Positions 27,685-36,300 of a stretch of DNA of 64,000 bases are shown one piece after another; positions within the stretch are counted from its first letter, which is position 1, and every line of letters begins with the position of its first letter. The translations under genes were made by a program, and so were the position numbers. Source of the stretch: Candidatus Latescibacterota bacterium (lineage in GTDB: Bacteria; Latescibacterota; UBA2968; GCA-2709665); assembly GCA_963667175.2 (NCBI GenBank), contig CAXXXF010000016.1, forward strand, positions 320,001 through 384,000. The letters run 5' to 3'. Under the pieces are notes generated by a model that was not told where the DNA came from, ran no database searches, and worked only from the letters and a program-made list of their open reading frames with translations.

Positions 27685-28758
27685 GTGCGGTCCGGCAAGC
27701 GTGAAAAGACGGCTCTGATCACCGGCATCACCGGCCAGGACGGTTCCTATCTCGCAGAATTTCTGATTGCTAAAGGCTACCTGGTGCACGGCATCATCCG
27801 CCGGGCCTCCCTGTTCAATACGGATCGGATCGACCATCTCTTCGCCGACCCCCAGGATCCCGCCCGGCGGATGATCCTGCACTACGGAGATCTCACGGAT
27901 ACGGCCAATCTGATCCGGATCGTTCAGGAAATACGGCCCGACGAGATCTACAACCTGGGTGCGCAGAGTCACGTGGCGGTGTCATTCGAAACGCCCGAAT
28001 ACACGGCAAGGGTGGCGGCGCTGGGGGTGCTCCATCTGCTCGAAGCCATCCGGATCTGCGGTCTCGCCGATCGAACACGGTTCTATCAGGCATCCAGTTC
28101 GGAGATGTTCGGCAAGGCGACCGAGTCACCCCAGCGGGAATCCACACCGTTCTATCCCCGATCTCCATACGCCGCAGCCAAGGTATACGCATACTGGATC
28201 ACCGTAAATTACCGCGAGGCTTATGGGATTTTCGCCTGTAACGGTATCCTGTTCAACCACGAGTCCCCCGTGCGCGGCGAGACGTTCGTGACCCGGAAGA
28301 TCACCCGGCGGCTGGCTCGCGTCAAAGTCGGATTGGACGAATGCGTGTACCTGGGAAATCTCGATGCGATGAGAGACTGGGGCCACGCGCGGGACTATGT
28401 CCGGGCACAGTGGCTGATGCTCCAGCAGGCCCAGCCTGACGATTTCGTCATTGCGTCGGGGCATCAGCATTCGGTTCGCACTTTCTTGAATCTTGCGGCT
28501 GAATACCTGGGTCTGGAACTGGTGTGGCACGGCAAGGGCGCCGAGGAAGTTGCGGTCAATACGGCGACCGGGAGCGCGGTAGTGCGCATCGACCCGCGGT
28601 ACTTCAGGCCGACCGAAACGCACTCGCTCCTGGGCGATGCGTCCAAAGCGCGCAGCAGACTTGGCTGGCGACCGGAAACCAGCTTCGGAGACATGGTCCG
28701 GGAAATGGTCGACGCCGACTTGCGCCTGGCCGAACGCGAGGCGTCATTACAGCTCTGA
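27685..28758 (+). CDS. gmd: GDP-mannose 4,6-dehydratase
   Basis: [57 protein letters not shown]. Confidence 0.97.
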   Translation: MRSGKREKTALITGITGQDGSYLAEFLIAKGYLVHGIIRRASLFNTDRIDHLFADPQDPARRMILHYGDLTDTANLIRIVQEIRPDEIYNLGAQSHVAVSFETPEYTARVAALGVLHLLEAIRICGLADRTRFYQASSSEMFGKATESPQRESTPFYPRSPYAAAKVYAYWITVNYREAYGIFACNGILFNHESPVRGETFVTRKITRRLARVKVGLDECVYLGNLDAMRDWGHARDYVRAQWLMLQQAQPDDFVIASGHQHSVRTFLNLAAEYLGLELVWHGKGAEEVAVNTATGSAVVRIDPRYFRPTETHSLLGDASKARSRLGWRPETSFGDMVREMVDADLRLAEREASLQL

Positions 28759-28865
28759 ACGCGGACCGGGACTTTCCGACGGAATCGAAAAGGTCCGGAT
28801 CGCGGGCGACGGCCGTGTTTCACCCAGTGGCAACGCGAATTAACGCAGGGAGCAGGTTCGGATCC

Positions 28866-30149
28866 ATGGGCGACAGAACGCTTTTTGATGCGACGTACGA
28901 AAAACGCAGGAACCCGTTGCTGAAGCAGGTGCTGGAGCGACTGTATCCCATCTATTCTTCGGAAGAGCGCGAGGTCATACGCATCGACTCAATCAGCAGG
29001 GTTCTGCTCTCGCGCCCCTCGGGTCGGGGCTTTGTCAACCGCGACATCCTCGAAACCGTTCTCGGCAACCTGCTGGAATGCGTCGCCCCCGGTTCACACA
29101 ACGTTCAAGCAGCCGGGCCGTCGGACAGCCTCGAGGATGCAATAGGAGAGATCGTCGATCAGATTTACGCGATGATCGTGCAATCGTTTCTGGCCGCGGA
29201 AGGAAACGGCGTGGATATTGAAACCCCGGCCCTGGAGGCCACGTTTGCGCTGCTTGCGGACCTCCCCAATCTCAAGAGCCGCGCGCTGTGGAACCGATTC
29301 GCGTCGCTCAAGGATCCGGCGGTATGGGATGCGTATATCGTGGCCAGACACCAGACCCGTATGGGCGGGCTGGCGGACATGGACCACGGTCACGCGCTCG
29401 ACAGCGCGATCGATACCCGCGATTTCGAACCCTATCGAGAGTTTCTCAGGGCCCGAGATCTGGATAGCGCTTTCGACTATCTCATGCAGCTGGTCATCAG
29501 CACGTACCCCGGCTGGCGGGTACTCTTTTACCACGACGTTGCACACGCCCTCACCAGGTCCGGCGCCGCGGAGGGGCTCGCAGACGTCGCCCGGATGCCG
29601 GTGCCGCTTCTGCCACGCGCCATTTCGGAACTTGGCGGACGATATTACCAGGCCGACCTGCACCCTGAAACCGTCATTGGTGACGCGAACTTTCTGGATC
29701 ATCCGCACCGTGGACTGACAACCGGACAGACCGGTGTGATCGGCACGGGCTGTTACATCTATCCCTGCACGATGGGCGGCCTCAGCGGCAGAGTCAGGCA
29801 TCGACATCCGGAAATCGGGGATCACGTACAGATCGGTACCGACGCAACCCTCCTGGGACCCGTCAGAATCGGGGATCATTCAACAGTCGGTCCAAATACC
29901 CAGGTCTACGGCTACGTGCAAACCGAAACCGAATGCCGGATTGCCTCGTCGGTCGTCGTCGGCACGGTCTTGAGCGGAGACAGGAGACCTGGCAGGATTC
30001 GTCTGGGCAGGGGGGTTCGCGTGGGAGACGGAACCGTGATCGAGAACAGCACAGAACTCGACCTGATCATTCCCGAGAAAGCCGAGATTCCGGCGCGGAG
30101 CCACGTTATCAACGACGGCTTCGGCAATCCGAGATTCGTGCGGGCTTAA
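28866..30149 (+). CDS. Serine O-acetyltransferase (CysE)-like left-handed beta-helix acyltransferase with a long N-terminal extension
   Basis: YPG..LFYH.VAH, DLHPETVIG..FLDH, MGG...RHPEIGD, hexapeptide repeats; about 427 aa. Confidence 0.75.
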   Translation: MGDRTLFDATYEKRRNPLLKQVLERLYPIYSSEEREVIRIDSISRVLLSRPSGRGFVNRDILETVLGNLLECVAPGSHNVQAAGPSDSLEDAIGEIVDQIYAMIVQSFLAAEGNGVDIETPALEATFALLADLPNLKSRALWNRFASLKDPAVWDAYIVARHQTRMGGLADMDHGHALDSAIDTRDFEPYREFLRARDLDSAFDYLMQLVISTYPGWRVLFYHDVAHALTRSGAAEGLADVARMPVPLLPRAISELGGRYYQADLHPETVIGDANFLDHPHRGLTTGQTGVIGTGCYIYPCTMGGLSGRVRHRHPEIGDHVQIGTDATLLGPVRIGDHSTVGPNTQVYGYVQTETECRIASSVVVGTVLSGDRRPGRIRLGRGVRVGDGTVIENSTELDLIIPEKAEIPARSHVINDGFGNPRFVRA

Positions 30150-30182
30150 AAAAAAAGCGGAGCGTGCTCATCATACGCTCCG
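30148..30182 (-). terminator. Intrinsic terminator (minus strand, downstream of the glycosyltransferase operon)
   Basis: Stem CGGAGCGT/ACGCTCCG, 9-nt loop, adjacent A9 on the plus strand (U-tract on minus). Confidence 0.7.
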
Positions 30183-30407
30183 ACTGTCGTGCCGCGAATG
30201 GCCGATTAAAGAATCCGTCACGCTCCTTTGCCTTCGCGCGGATCTTTGAAGCTTCTCGACGAGACGTGGACATTGTCGAAATACCCGCGTCTTGTAACCT
30301 GTTTCGCACCATGCAACACCGTTCGCCGCCCCTGCGTCAAGTTCAGGGGCATTGTCTGGCCAGCCGGTCGAGGCGACCAACTCGCCGGCAGGAAGCGCAT
30401 TCCGGAT

Positions 30408-31232
30408 TCAGCGCTGACGCGGAGGATTCTTGTGAAACTCGATATCCGCGTACCAGGTCGACGCCCGGCTGTTGGTATTGTCGGTATCGGTCATCAGATA
30501 GACGCGCAGTATCTTGCCCGGTTCCTCCCCCGGATATCCTCTCTTGTAGTCTTCGTAAAGATTCCGCACTTCCCGCACCCATCGCTTCATCCGGCCCAAC
30601 CCGCTCTCCGCGACAATTCGCCGCCACGACAGCTTCCAGACAAACGGGATGATGGTAGTCTCGGACTTGAACATCAGCGACTCCGGCAGTGAATTGGACC
30701 AGACGTACGCGATCTCACGGATGTTGTTGGTGCCCTTCTCCAGGATCGCGACCCCCAATTTCGCGTTGAAGTCATCGTCCTGCTTCTTCAACCTGTCGCC
30801 CTTCTCCAGCCGCTGCCGACTGATCGTCGAATAGTCCACTTTCCACCGCCAGGACAAGTACGGGTTCTCTGCCACATCGATAAGTGCGTCGAACCCGCGC
30901 TTTCTGATAACCTTTTCGAAGTGTCTGGGCGGTCGCTCACACCGTGCGATCCACGGATAACGGCCCGGGTCCAGCGCCATGGGTCGGCCGGATTTCGTGG
31001 GTATCTGCCACAGCAGTGCGGCCGACCTTTCGCTCACGAAGCGTACCGCATTGTTCGCGTACTGGAACCTTGTTTTCGTATCGCATTCGGCCCAATCCCG
31101 CTGCAGCCAGGCGCTCATATCTACCTGCAGCCCGCCGCTTCCCGCCTTTGCGAAGGCGTTGCCCGCCCACCCGGTGAGCGCGCAGCAGGCAAACCAAAGG
31201 ATTCCTCGGTGGCGTACCATACCGATACTCAT
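30408..31232 (-). CDS. DUF3047 domain protein, secreted
   Basis: Signal peptide ending AFA; YLSWRWKV, DDF, YVWS, W..E.RNLYEDYK, MTDTDNT, WYADIEF. Confidence 0.78.
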   Translation of the reverse strand: MSIGMVRHRGILWFACCALTGWAGNAFAKAGSGGLQVDMSAWLQRDWAECDTKTRFQYANNAVRFVSERSAALLWQIPTKSGRPMALDPGRYPWIARCERPPRHFEKVIRKRGFDALIDVAENPYLSWRWKVDYSTISRQRLEKGDRLKKQDDDFNAKLGVAILEKGTNNIREIAYVWSNSLPESLMFKSETTIIPFVWKLSWRRIVAESGLGRMKRWVREVRNLYEDYKRGYPGEEPGKILRVYLMTDTDNTNSRASTWYADIEFHKNPPRQR

Positions 31233-31244
31233 CCATCCCTTGAA

Positions 31245-32360
31245 TTATTGCGACAGGATTTCCTCATAGACCTCGAGGGTTTTCCGCGCGCAATCCCGCC
31301 ACGTGTATCTGGCAGCCTGGCGCCGCCCACTGGCGACGAGGCGTTCCCGTAGTGCTTCATCTCGAATCAAACGCGTCATTCCGCCGGCGATAGACCCGAC
31401 GTCCATGGGATTGACAAGGACGGCCGCATCGCCGGCGATTTCAGCAAGCGACGATGTATCCGACGTCAACACGGGACATCCGCTGGCCATCGCCTCGATT
31501 ACGGGCAGCCCGAAACCCTCCGTAATCGATGGAAACACAAAGAAGGCGGCTTCCTCAAAACACGCGCGTACCTGGCCATCGCTCAGTTGCCCGGTGAATA
31601 TGACGTTTTGAGCAATCCCAAGGTTCCGCGTGAGTTCGAAAAGGCTGGCGTACCCGTCGCCTCGTCCGCTGATCAGGAGGGAAAACCCTGGACATTGCCT
31701 GGCGACCAGGCCGAAGGCCTCGACCAGACGTCGGATGTTCTTGTACGGCTTTGTGTTGCCCAGTGAAAAAATGAAGCGCCGGCCCCGGCAGACCTCTGGT
31801 AGCCCGTCGCAATGGCCGTCTCCCGTGAAAGTGCCATCGCTTCCATGATGGATCGTCGTGAATTTCGAAGGGGTCTCGGGATACCTCGCAAGCGCGGCCT
31901 GCCGTGTGGATTCAGATACCGCAATTACGTGATGGGCCCCATTGACGGACATCCCTATCCATGGACCCGCGAAACGACGGGCCATCCATCCGCGCCACCG
32001 CGCTTCGTACGCGATTTCCGGCGAATTGATCCAGATCAGATCGTGCAGGGTGAGGACAATCCGCCTGGCGCGGACGCCGATGGGAAGAAGGTGAAAGAGA
32101 CAATGATATATGTCGGCCCGGAGCGGGTTCACGACCCTTGCGCCCCCCAGGAGGTTCCGGCCCGTTGAAATCCCGTACGGAACCGCTATATCCGTGAAAT
32201 TCGGCTGGTTCACGAGCGGGCGCCGGTAGGCGGCCCGTCTCAGCAGCAGGTATTCGTTTTCCCGGTCCAGGCCGGCGATCGCACGGACCAGGCTGAACGC
32301 ATACCGGCCGACGCCGGTCTCGACGTTCCTGACCTCTCGCGCGTCGATACAGATTCTCAC
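31245..32360 (-). CDS. Glycosyltransferase family 4 (MtfB-like)
   Basis: IDAR..GVGRY, LTLHDLI, KNI..L, FPSITEGFGLPVIEAMASGCPV. Confidence 0.93.
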   Translation of the reverse strand: MRICIDAREVRNVETGVGRYAFSLVRAIAGLDRENEYLLLRRAAYRRPLVNQPNFTDIAVPYGISTGRNLLGGARVVNPLRADIYHCLFHLLPIGVRARRIVLTLHDLIWINSPEIAYEARWRGWMARRFAGPWIGMSVNGAHHVIAVSESTRQAALARYPETPSKFTTIHHGSDGTFTGDGHCDGLPEVCRGRRFIFSLGNTKPYKNIRRLVEAFGLVARQCPGFSLLISGRGDGYASLFELTRNLGIAQNVIFTGQLSDGQVRACFEEAAFFVFPSITEGFGLPVIEAMASGCPVLTSDTSSLAEIAGDAAVLVNPMDVGSIAGGMTRLIRDEALRERLVASGRRQAARYTWRDCARKTLEVYEEILSQ

Positions 32361-32373
32361 CGTCCCCCCTTTC

Positions 32374-33894
32374 TCACCCGAAGAACCGTCTGATCCGGCG
32401 ATAGACCCGCAGTCCGAACTGCTTTTCCTCGTCCTCCACGCCCAGCAGACAGAGGAATCCCCCGAAACACAGAAATACCAGCGCCGCCCGCCCCAGCACG
32501 TCCCATAGAGGCGCCGCCGGAGCGGCAGGTCCTGACAACCACGTCAGAACCGCGGTCGCGCAGCCGGCGATCAGTGGCTTGCAAAGCTTTATCGAAAACG
32601 CATGTACCTTCAGCTGTCGAAATACCTGCCAGGACGAGAGTCCCTGTGCAAGAACCGCCGTGGAAGCAGCGCCGATTGCGGCCCCCGTCGGGCCAAACCG
32701 GCGAACCAGAACAAGCGTACCGATCCCCCCGATCACCAGCGTGACACTTCTGATACCCAGGAGCGCGTCGGGATGCCCGGTCATCACCAGCACGTAGCCG
32801 GACAATCCCAATACAGCCGTTGCGGCGGCGCCGAGGAGCAGAATCAGCAGCCAGGAATACCCGGCCGAAAACTCCGATCCCACGAATGCGGCAATCTGGC
32901 TCCCATAGAAGGCGGAAACGAGGATGACGGGAATGGTTCCCAGTACAACCCAGCGGGTCACGAGCTTGAAGACTTCACCCAGTCGCGCGATTTCTCCACG
33001 GGCATGATATTCGGCAAAGAAGGGATTCGCGATTGGATCGAAGGCGCCGGGCACGGCCCGTACGATCCCGGCCAACTGAATCATCACGCCATATACCGCG
33101 ATGGTCTCGGGATCGACAAACGACCCGACAATTACAACGTCCAGCCGTCCGTTGAGTTCCGCGATCAGATCGATGAGGAACATCGAAAATGAAAAACGAA
33201 AGAGCTTTCGCTCAACGCCGGCCGCCCCTTCGGACCATGTACGCCGGGGATAAAACCTGAAGACCGGCAGGATGGAACAACAGAACACGATACCCGTGGC
33301 CGTCAGATAGGCCGCGGGTATCCCCGTCAGATCCATCTGCAGGAAGTAGAACAGGACCGCGAAACCGATCAATAGGCCGGGCTCGGCGAGCCCTTTGAGG
33401 TACAGCTGATACTCCATCACCTTGTGGGCGATCGGAACCTGCAACAGCAACCCGCCCGCGGTCTGAAAGAAGACGACGAATGCCATCCACCGCAGTGCGT
33501 CCTCCACACCGTCGCGACCGATTAAACCACCCAGCGCGTCAGAAAAGAGAGCACACACCAGGCTGACCGCGAGGCTCAGGATTCCCCCGGCGAAAAAAGC
33601 TGTCTTGACACCGCCGAGAGCCCGATGGGTCTCGCCCCGCGAGTGATGGTGGGCGACGTGCCGGAGCAATGCCTTGTCGAGACCGAAAAACGCAAACCGG
33701 GAAAACAGATTCACCCAGGTCCAGCCGAGAAAAAAGAGCCCGTAAGAAGCCGTGGAATAAAGACGCGCGGCGAGGAGATAGAATACCGGACGTCCCAGCC
33801 GGGAAAAGAGGGTCAGAATATTGACGCCGACGCCACGGGACAGCGTTGCCAAGTCCGATTCGCTACGCGCCTCTTCCGTGACTTCATCCGCCAT
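32374..33894 (-). CDS. Polysaccharide flippase (Wzx / MOP superfamily)
   Basis: About 14 hydrophobic segments; AARLY..YGLF, RLDVVIVG, FGPTGAAI. Confidence 0.85.
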   Translation of the reverse strand: MADEVTEEARSESDLATLSRGVGVNILTLFSRLGRPVFYLLAARLYSTASYGLFFLGWTWVNLFSRFAFFGLDKALLRHVAHHHSRGETHRALGGVKTAFFAGGILSLAVSLVCALFSDALGGLIGRDGVEDALRWMAFVVFFQTAGGLLLQVPIAHKVMEYQLYLKGLAEPGLLIGFAVLFYFLQMDLTGIPAAYLTATGIVFCCSILPVFRFYPRRTWSEGAAGVERKLFRFSFSMFLIDLIAELNGRLDVVIVGSFVDPETIAVYGVMIQLAGIVRAVPGAFDPIANPFFAEYHARGEIARLGEVFKLVTRWVVLGTIPVILVSAFYGSQIAAFVGSEFSAGYSWLLILLLGAAATAVLGLSGYVLVMTGHPDALLGIRSVTLVIGGIGTLVLVRRFGPTGAAIGAASTAVLAQGLSSWQVFRQLKVHAFSIKLCKPLIAGCATAVLTWLSGPAAPAAPLWDVLGRAALVFLCFGGFLCLLGVEDEEKQFGLRVYRRIRRFFG

Positions 33895-34804
33895 GCCGCC
33901 TCACCGTTCCGGTTCTCCAGCGGGTGTTCCGATACAGACCGATACCCATCCGGATACCCCGTGCCATCGCCTGCAGTTTCCGCGGTATCGTCCACCAGTA
34001 ATCGAATGCGCCAAATCGGCCGCGAAGGATGAAGAATCGAACGAACAGATTCAGGACAAAATACGGTGAAAGCCGCACGTCGCAGTGTTTCAGCCAGAAG
34101 TACAGTTCGTTGGCATAGGTCAGCGGATCGGCCGCCTGATCCGGAACGCGGCAGCCTCCGGCGGGCGCCGCATGGTGGAAGACCACGGCTTCCGGTTCGA
34201 ATACCATCCGGCCGTCCCCTGCCTTGAGATAGCGGAGACAGAAATCCGTCTCCTCCCGAAGCTGGCTGCCGGCGAACTGCTCATCGAAGCCCCCGCAGCG
34301 CACCGCCTGTTTCCGGAGAAAGGAAAGATTGCCCCCCCCGCCATGCGAAACGCTTCTGCGACGCGTCGCGTAGAAATTCGAAATCACATGGCCACACCGT
34401 GTCACCACGCCGCAGCGCCTCGGTTCCCGGCGGCCTCGGCTTCGCGAACTTATGATTCGGCCGGCCACAGCGCTGACGCCTTCCGCGTCGTAATTGCGCA
34501 TATGATTTGAGATGAAATCGCCCGACAGGTCAACGTCGTCGTCAATACAGAGAATCACCTCTCCGCAGGCGATGTTCATTCCCAGGTTCTTCGCTCGGGT
34601 CCCGCTCGCCGTCTCCGTACGAACATACCGTATGCGCGCGCGGATGGACGCCAGGAACTCCGCTATCGCGGGCGGATGGACGTCCGTCTGGTCGATGACG
34701 ATGACTTCGAACGAGGCGTAGGACTGACGCAATACCTGCTCCAGCGTCCTCTTCAGAAACACCGAGCGGTTGTAAGTCGGGATAATGACCGAAACGTGTT
34801 TCAT
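33884..34804 (-). CDS. Glycosyltransferase family 2
   Basis: VSVIIPTYNR, EVIVID, IDDD, GGFDEQF..REETDFCLR. Confidence 0.92.
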   Translation of the reverse strand: MKHVSVIIPTYNRSVFLKRTLEQVLRQSYASFEVIVIDQTDVHPPAIAEFLASIRARIRYVRTETASGTRAKNLGMNIACGEVILCIDDDVDLSGDFISNHMRNYDAEGVSAVAGRIISSRSRGRREPRRCGVVTRCGHVISNFYATRRRSVSHGGGGNLSFLRKQAVRCGGFDEQFAGSQLREETDFCLRYLKAGDGRMVFEPEAVVFHHAAPAGGCRVPDQAADPLTYANELYFWLKHCDVRLSPYFVLNLFVRFFILRGRFGAFDYWWTIPRKLQAMARGIRMGIGLYRNTRWRTGTVRRHGG

Positions 34805-34866
34805 TCCGGGAGGCAATCCGAATGGGGTATGGGAACCGAGAGGGTACGGTTTGACGTGACCGCGTT

Positions 34867-35823
34867 CTAGCGGTCCAGCACCGGCAGCTCCGCGGACGGC
34901 TCGGCAGAAGCGCAGAACGAGACGACGCGGTCGTGCAGTGCCGGGCCGTTCAACTCTCTATAGTAAATAAACAGGTACTCGTTCGCGTATCCGGCGTACC
35001 TCCCGCCCCGCGCCTCGGCCCACTCGCAGACCTTCCTGTCCGACCCCGCAACATTGTACCATTCCCGGGCCAATTTGAGCACCCACGTATCCACGGGCAC
35101 GGCATCCAACCGTTCTAGCGCGAACAGGTCGATACATTTTCCGACCTTCAGACCGACGCCCGTACCCGCCCTTGCTTTCAACGCGTCCACGACTTCACGC
35201 CAGTCATCCAGCGACAATCTCCCCGGATCGCCGCCCGCGCGCTCTGAGACGAACCGGGCCGATTCAGCCACGCGTTCCGACCGCCAACCGAATCGTTTGG
35301 ACCTGAAATACGGACCGTTCAGCCGGGCCAATGCATCGGGTTCGGGAAACGTACAGTATCTCCTTCCCATAAACTCGATTTCCCGGCCCCACGATTCAGC
35401 CAGGAAATTGATCCGCCGTTTGGTGAGGTCCATATGGGCCTGCACCGACAGGATATACGAAATCACACACTCGAAGGGCATTTGGCGTACGAACCGGAAT
35501 CCCTTCAACAGATCCCGCGCCCGGCGCAGGCGCCCGTCTCCGCGCGGGACCCGAACGCGTGGTCTTTCATTCAGCCTCAGGTACCATTCGAGAAACCCGG
35601 TCACGGACATCTCGCCCAGATACGTGGCGATGCCTGACGCCCCCGCGCGAAATTGGAGTGTATCGCCTTCCTGACGCAGATGGAACACGGTGTCGTACGC
35701 AACGCCCTTCCACCATCCGTCCACGTCGCGGCCCCACCGGAATACCTGTCCTCCGGCCAGTGTATATCCCAGGTTGAAATCCCGGGTTTCGATCCTGCCG
35801 GTTACAGGCTGTCCGGAGGACAC
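34867..35823 (-). CDS. 8-oxoguanine DNA glycosylase/AP lyase (OGG1-like, HhH-GPD)
   Basis: TL..GQVFRW, RQ.PFEC.ISYILS, FPEP, GVGLKV (catalytic K), VPVDTWV (catalytic D), YAGYA..YLF; GTG 35823 chosen because it lies downstream of a predicted promoter. Confidence 0.85.
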   Translation of the reverse strand: MSSGQPVTGRIETRDFNLGYTLAGGQVFRWGRDVDGWWKGVAYDTVFHLRQEGDTLQFRAGASGIATYLGEMSVTGFLEWYLRLNERPRVRVPRGDGRLRRARDLLKGFRFVRQMPFECVISYILSVQAHMDLTKRRINFLAESWGREIEFMGRRYCTFPEPDALARLNGPYFRSKRFGWRSERVAESARFVSERAGGDPGRLSLDDWREVVDALKARAGTGVGLKVGKCIDLFALERLDAVPVDTWVLKLAREWYNVAGSDRKVCEWAEARGGRYAGYANEYLFIYYRELNGPALHDRVVSFCASAEPSAELPVLDR

Positions 35824-35919
35824 ACGGTTCCCCCCCGGGCCCGGATGTCCCGCGCTCGTTGACGGGCCGGCAGGACCGGCCGAACGGACCTTGTGGGCAG
35901 TTCTGCCATATCGCTTTCC

Positions 35920-35948
35920 ATTATAGGTATTTTGACGGCATGCGGCAA
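35920..35948 (-). promoter_or_regulatory. Putative sigma70 promoter for the OGG1-like gene and glycosyltransferase operon
   Basis: Minus strand TTGCCG-17 nt-TATAAT. Confidence 0.6.
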
Positions 35949-36200
35949 GTTCCCAGTCTTCCCCGCGATTTCCGGCCGGTTGGCCCGTCATCGCGCCGTG
36001 GATACGCAGTCGCCGGAGACCATCCACGCCAGGGCACAGGCATGACTTGCATTGCGCAATCCCTGCGCCGGCAACGCAGGTTTGCCATTAAACGAACGGC
36101 ATCCGCACGGAACGAAATACCGCAGCGCCGCCATTTGAACCAGCACGGATTCCTTCCGGCGAGCAGCGCCGACGGCAAGGAGTCAAGGCCTTACTTGGGC

Positions 36201-36229
36201 TTGACTCCGATATCCCGCATGTTTATTTT
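36201..36229 (+). promoter_or_regulatory. Putative sigma70 promoter for the ABC transporter; the -35 lies in an inverted repeat
   Basis: TTGACT-17 nt-TATTTT; GGAGTCAAG (36179-36187) and CTTGACTCC (36200-36208) are inverted. Confidence 0.45.
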
Positions 36230-36300
36230 TGTATAAGCACCTGCTCTCATGTCCGTTCCGCCCGATTCACATCCCTTGTCTCGCACGGGCAGGATAACAC

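Noticed and set aside
27674-27725. Possible frameshift at the gmd start (GTG AAA A.. would read MKKTALITG with one more A)
   Set aside because: An in-frame GTG at 27685 with GAGG 5 nt upstream gives an intact protein, so no frameshift is needed
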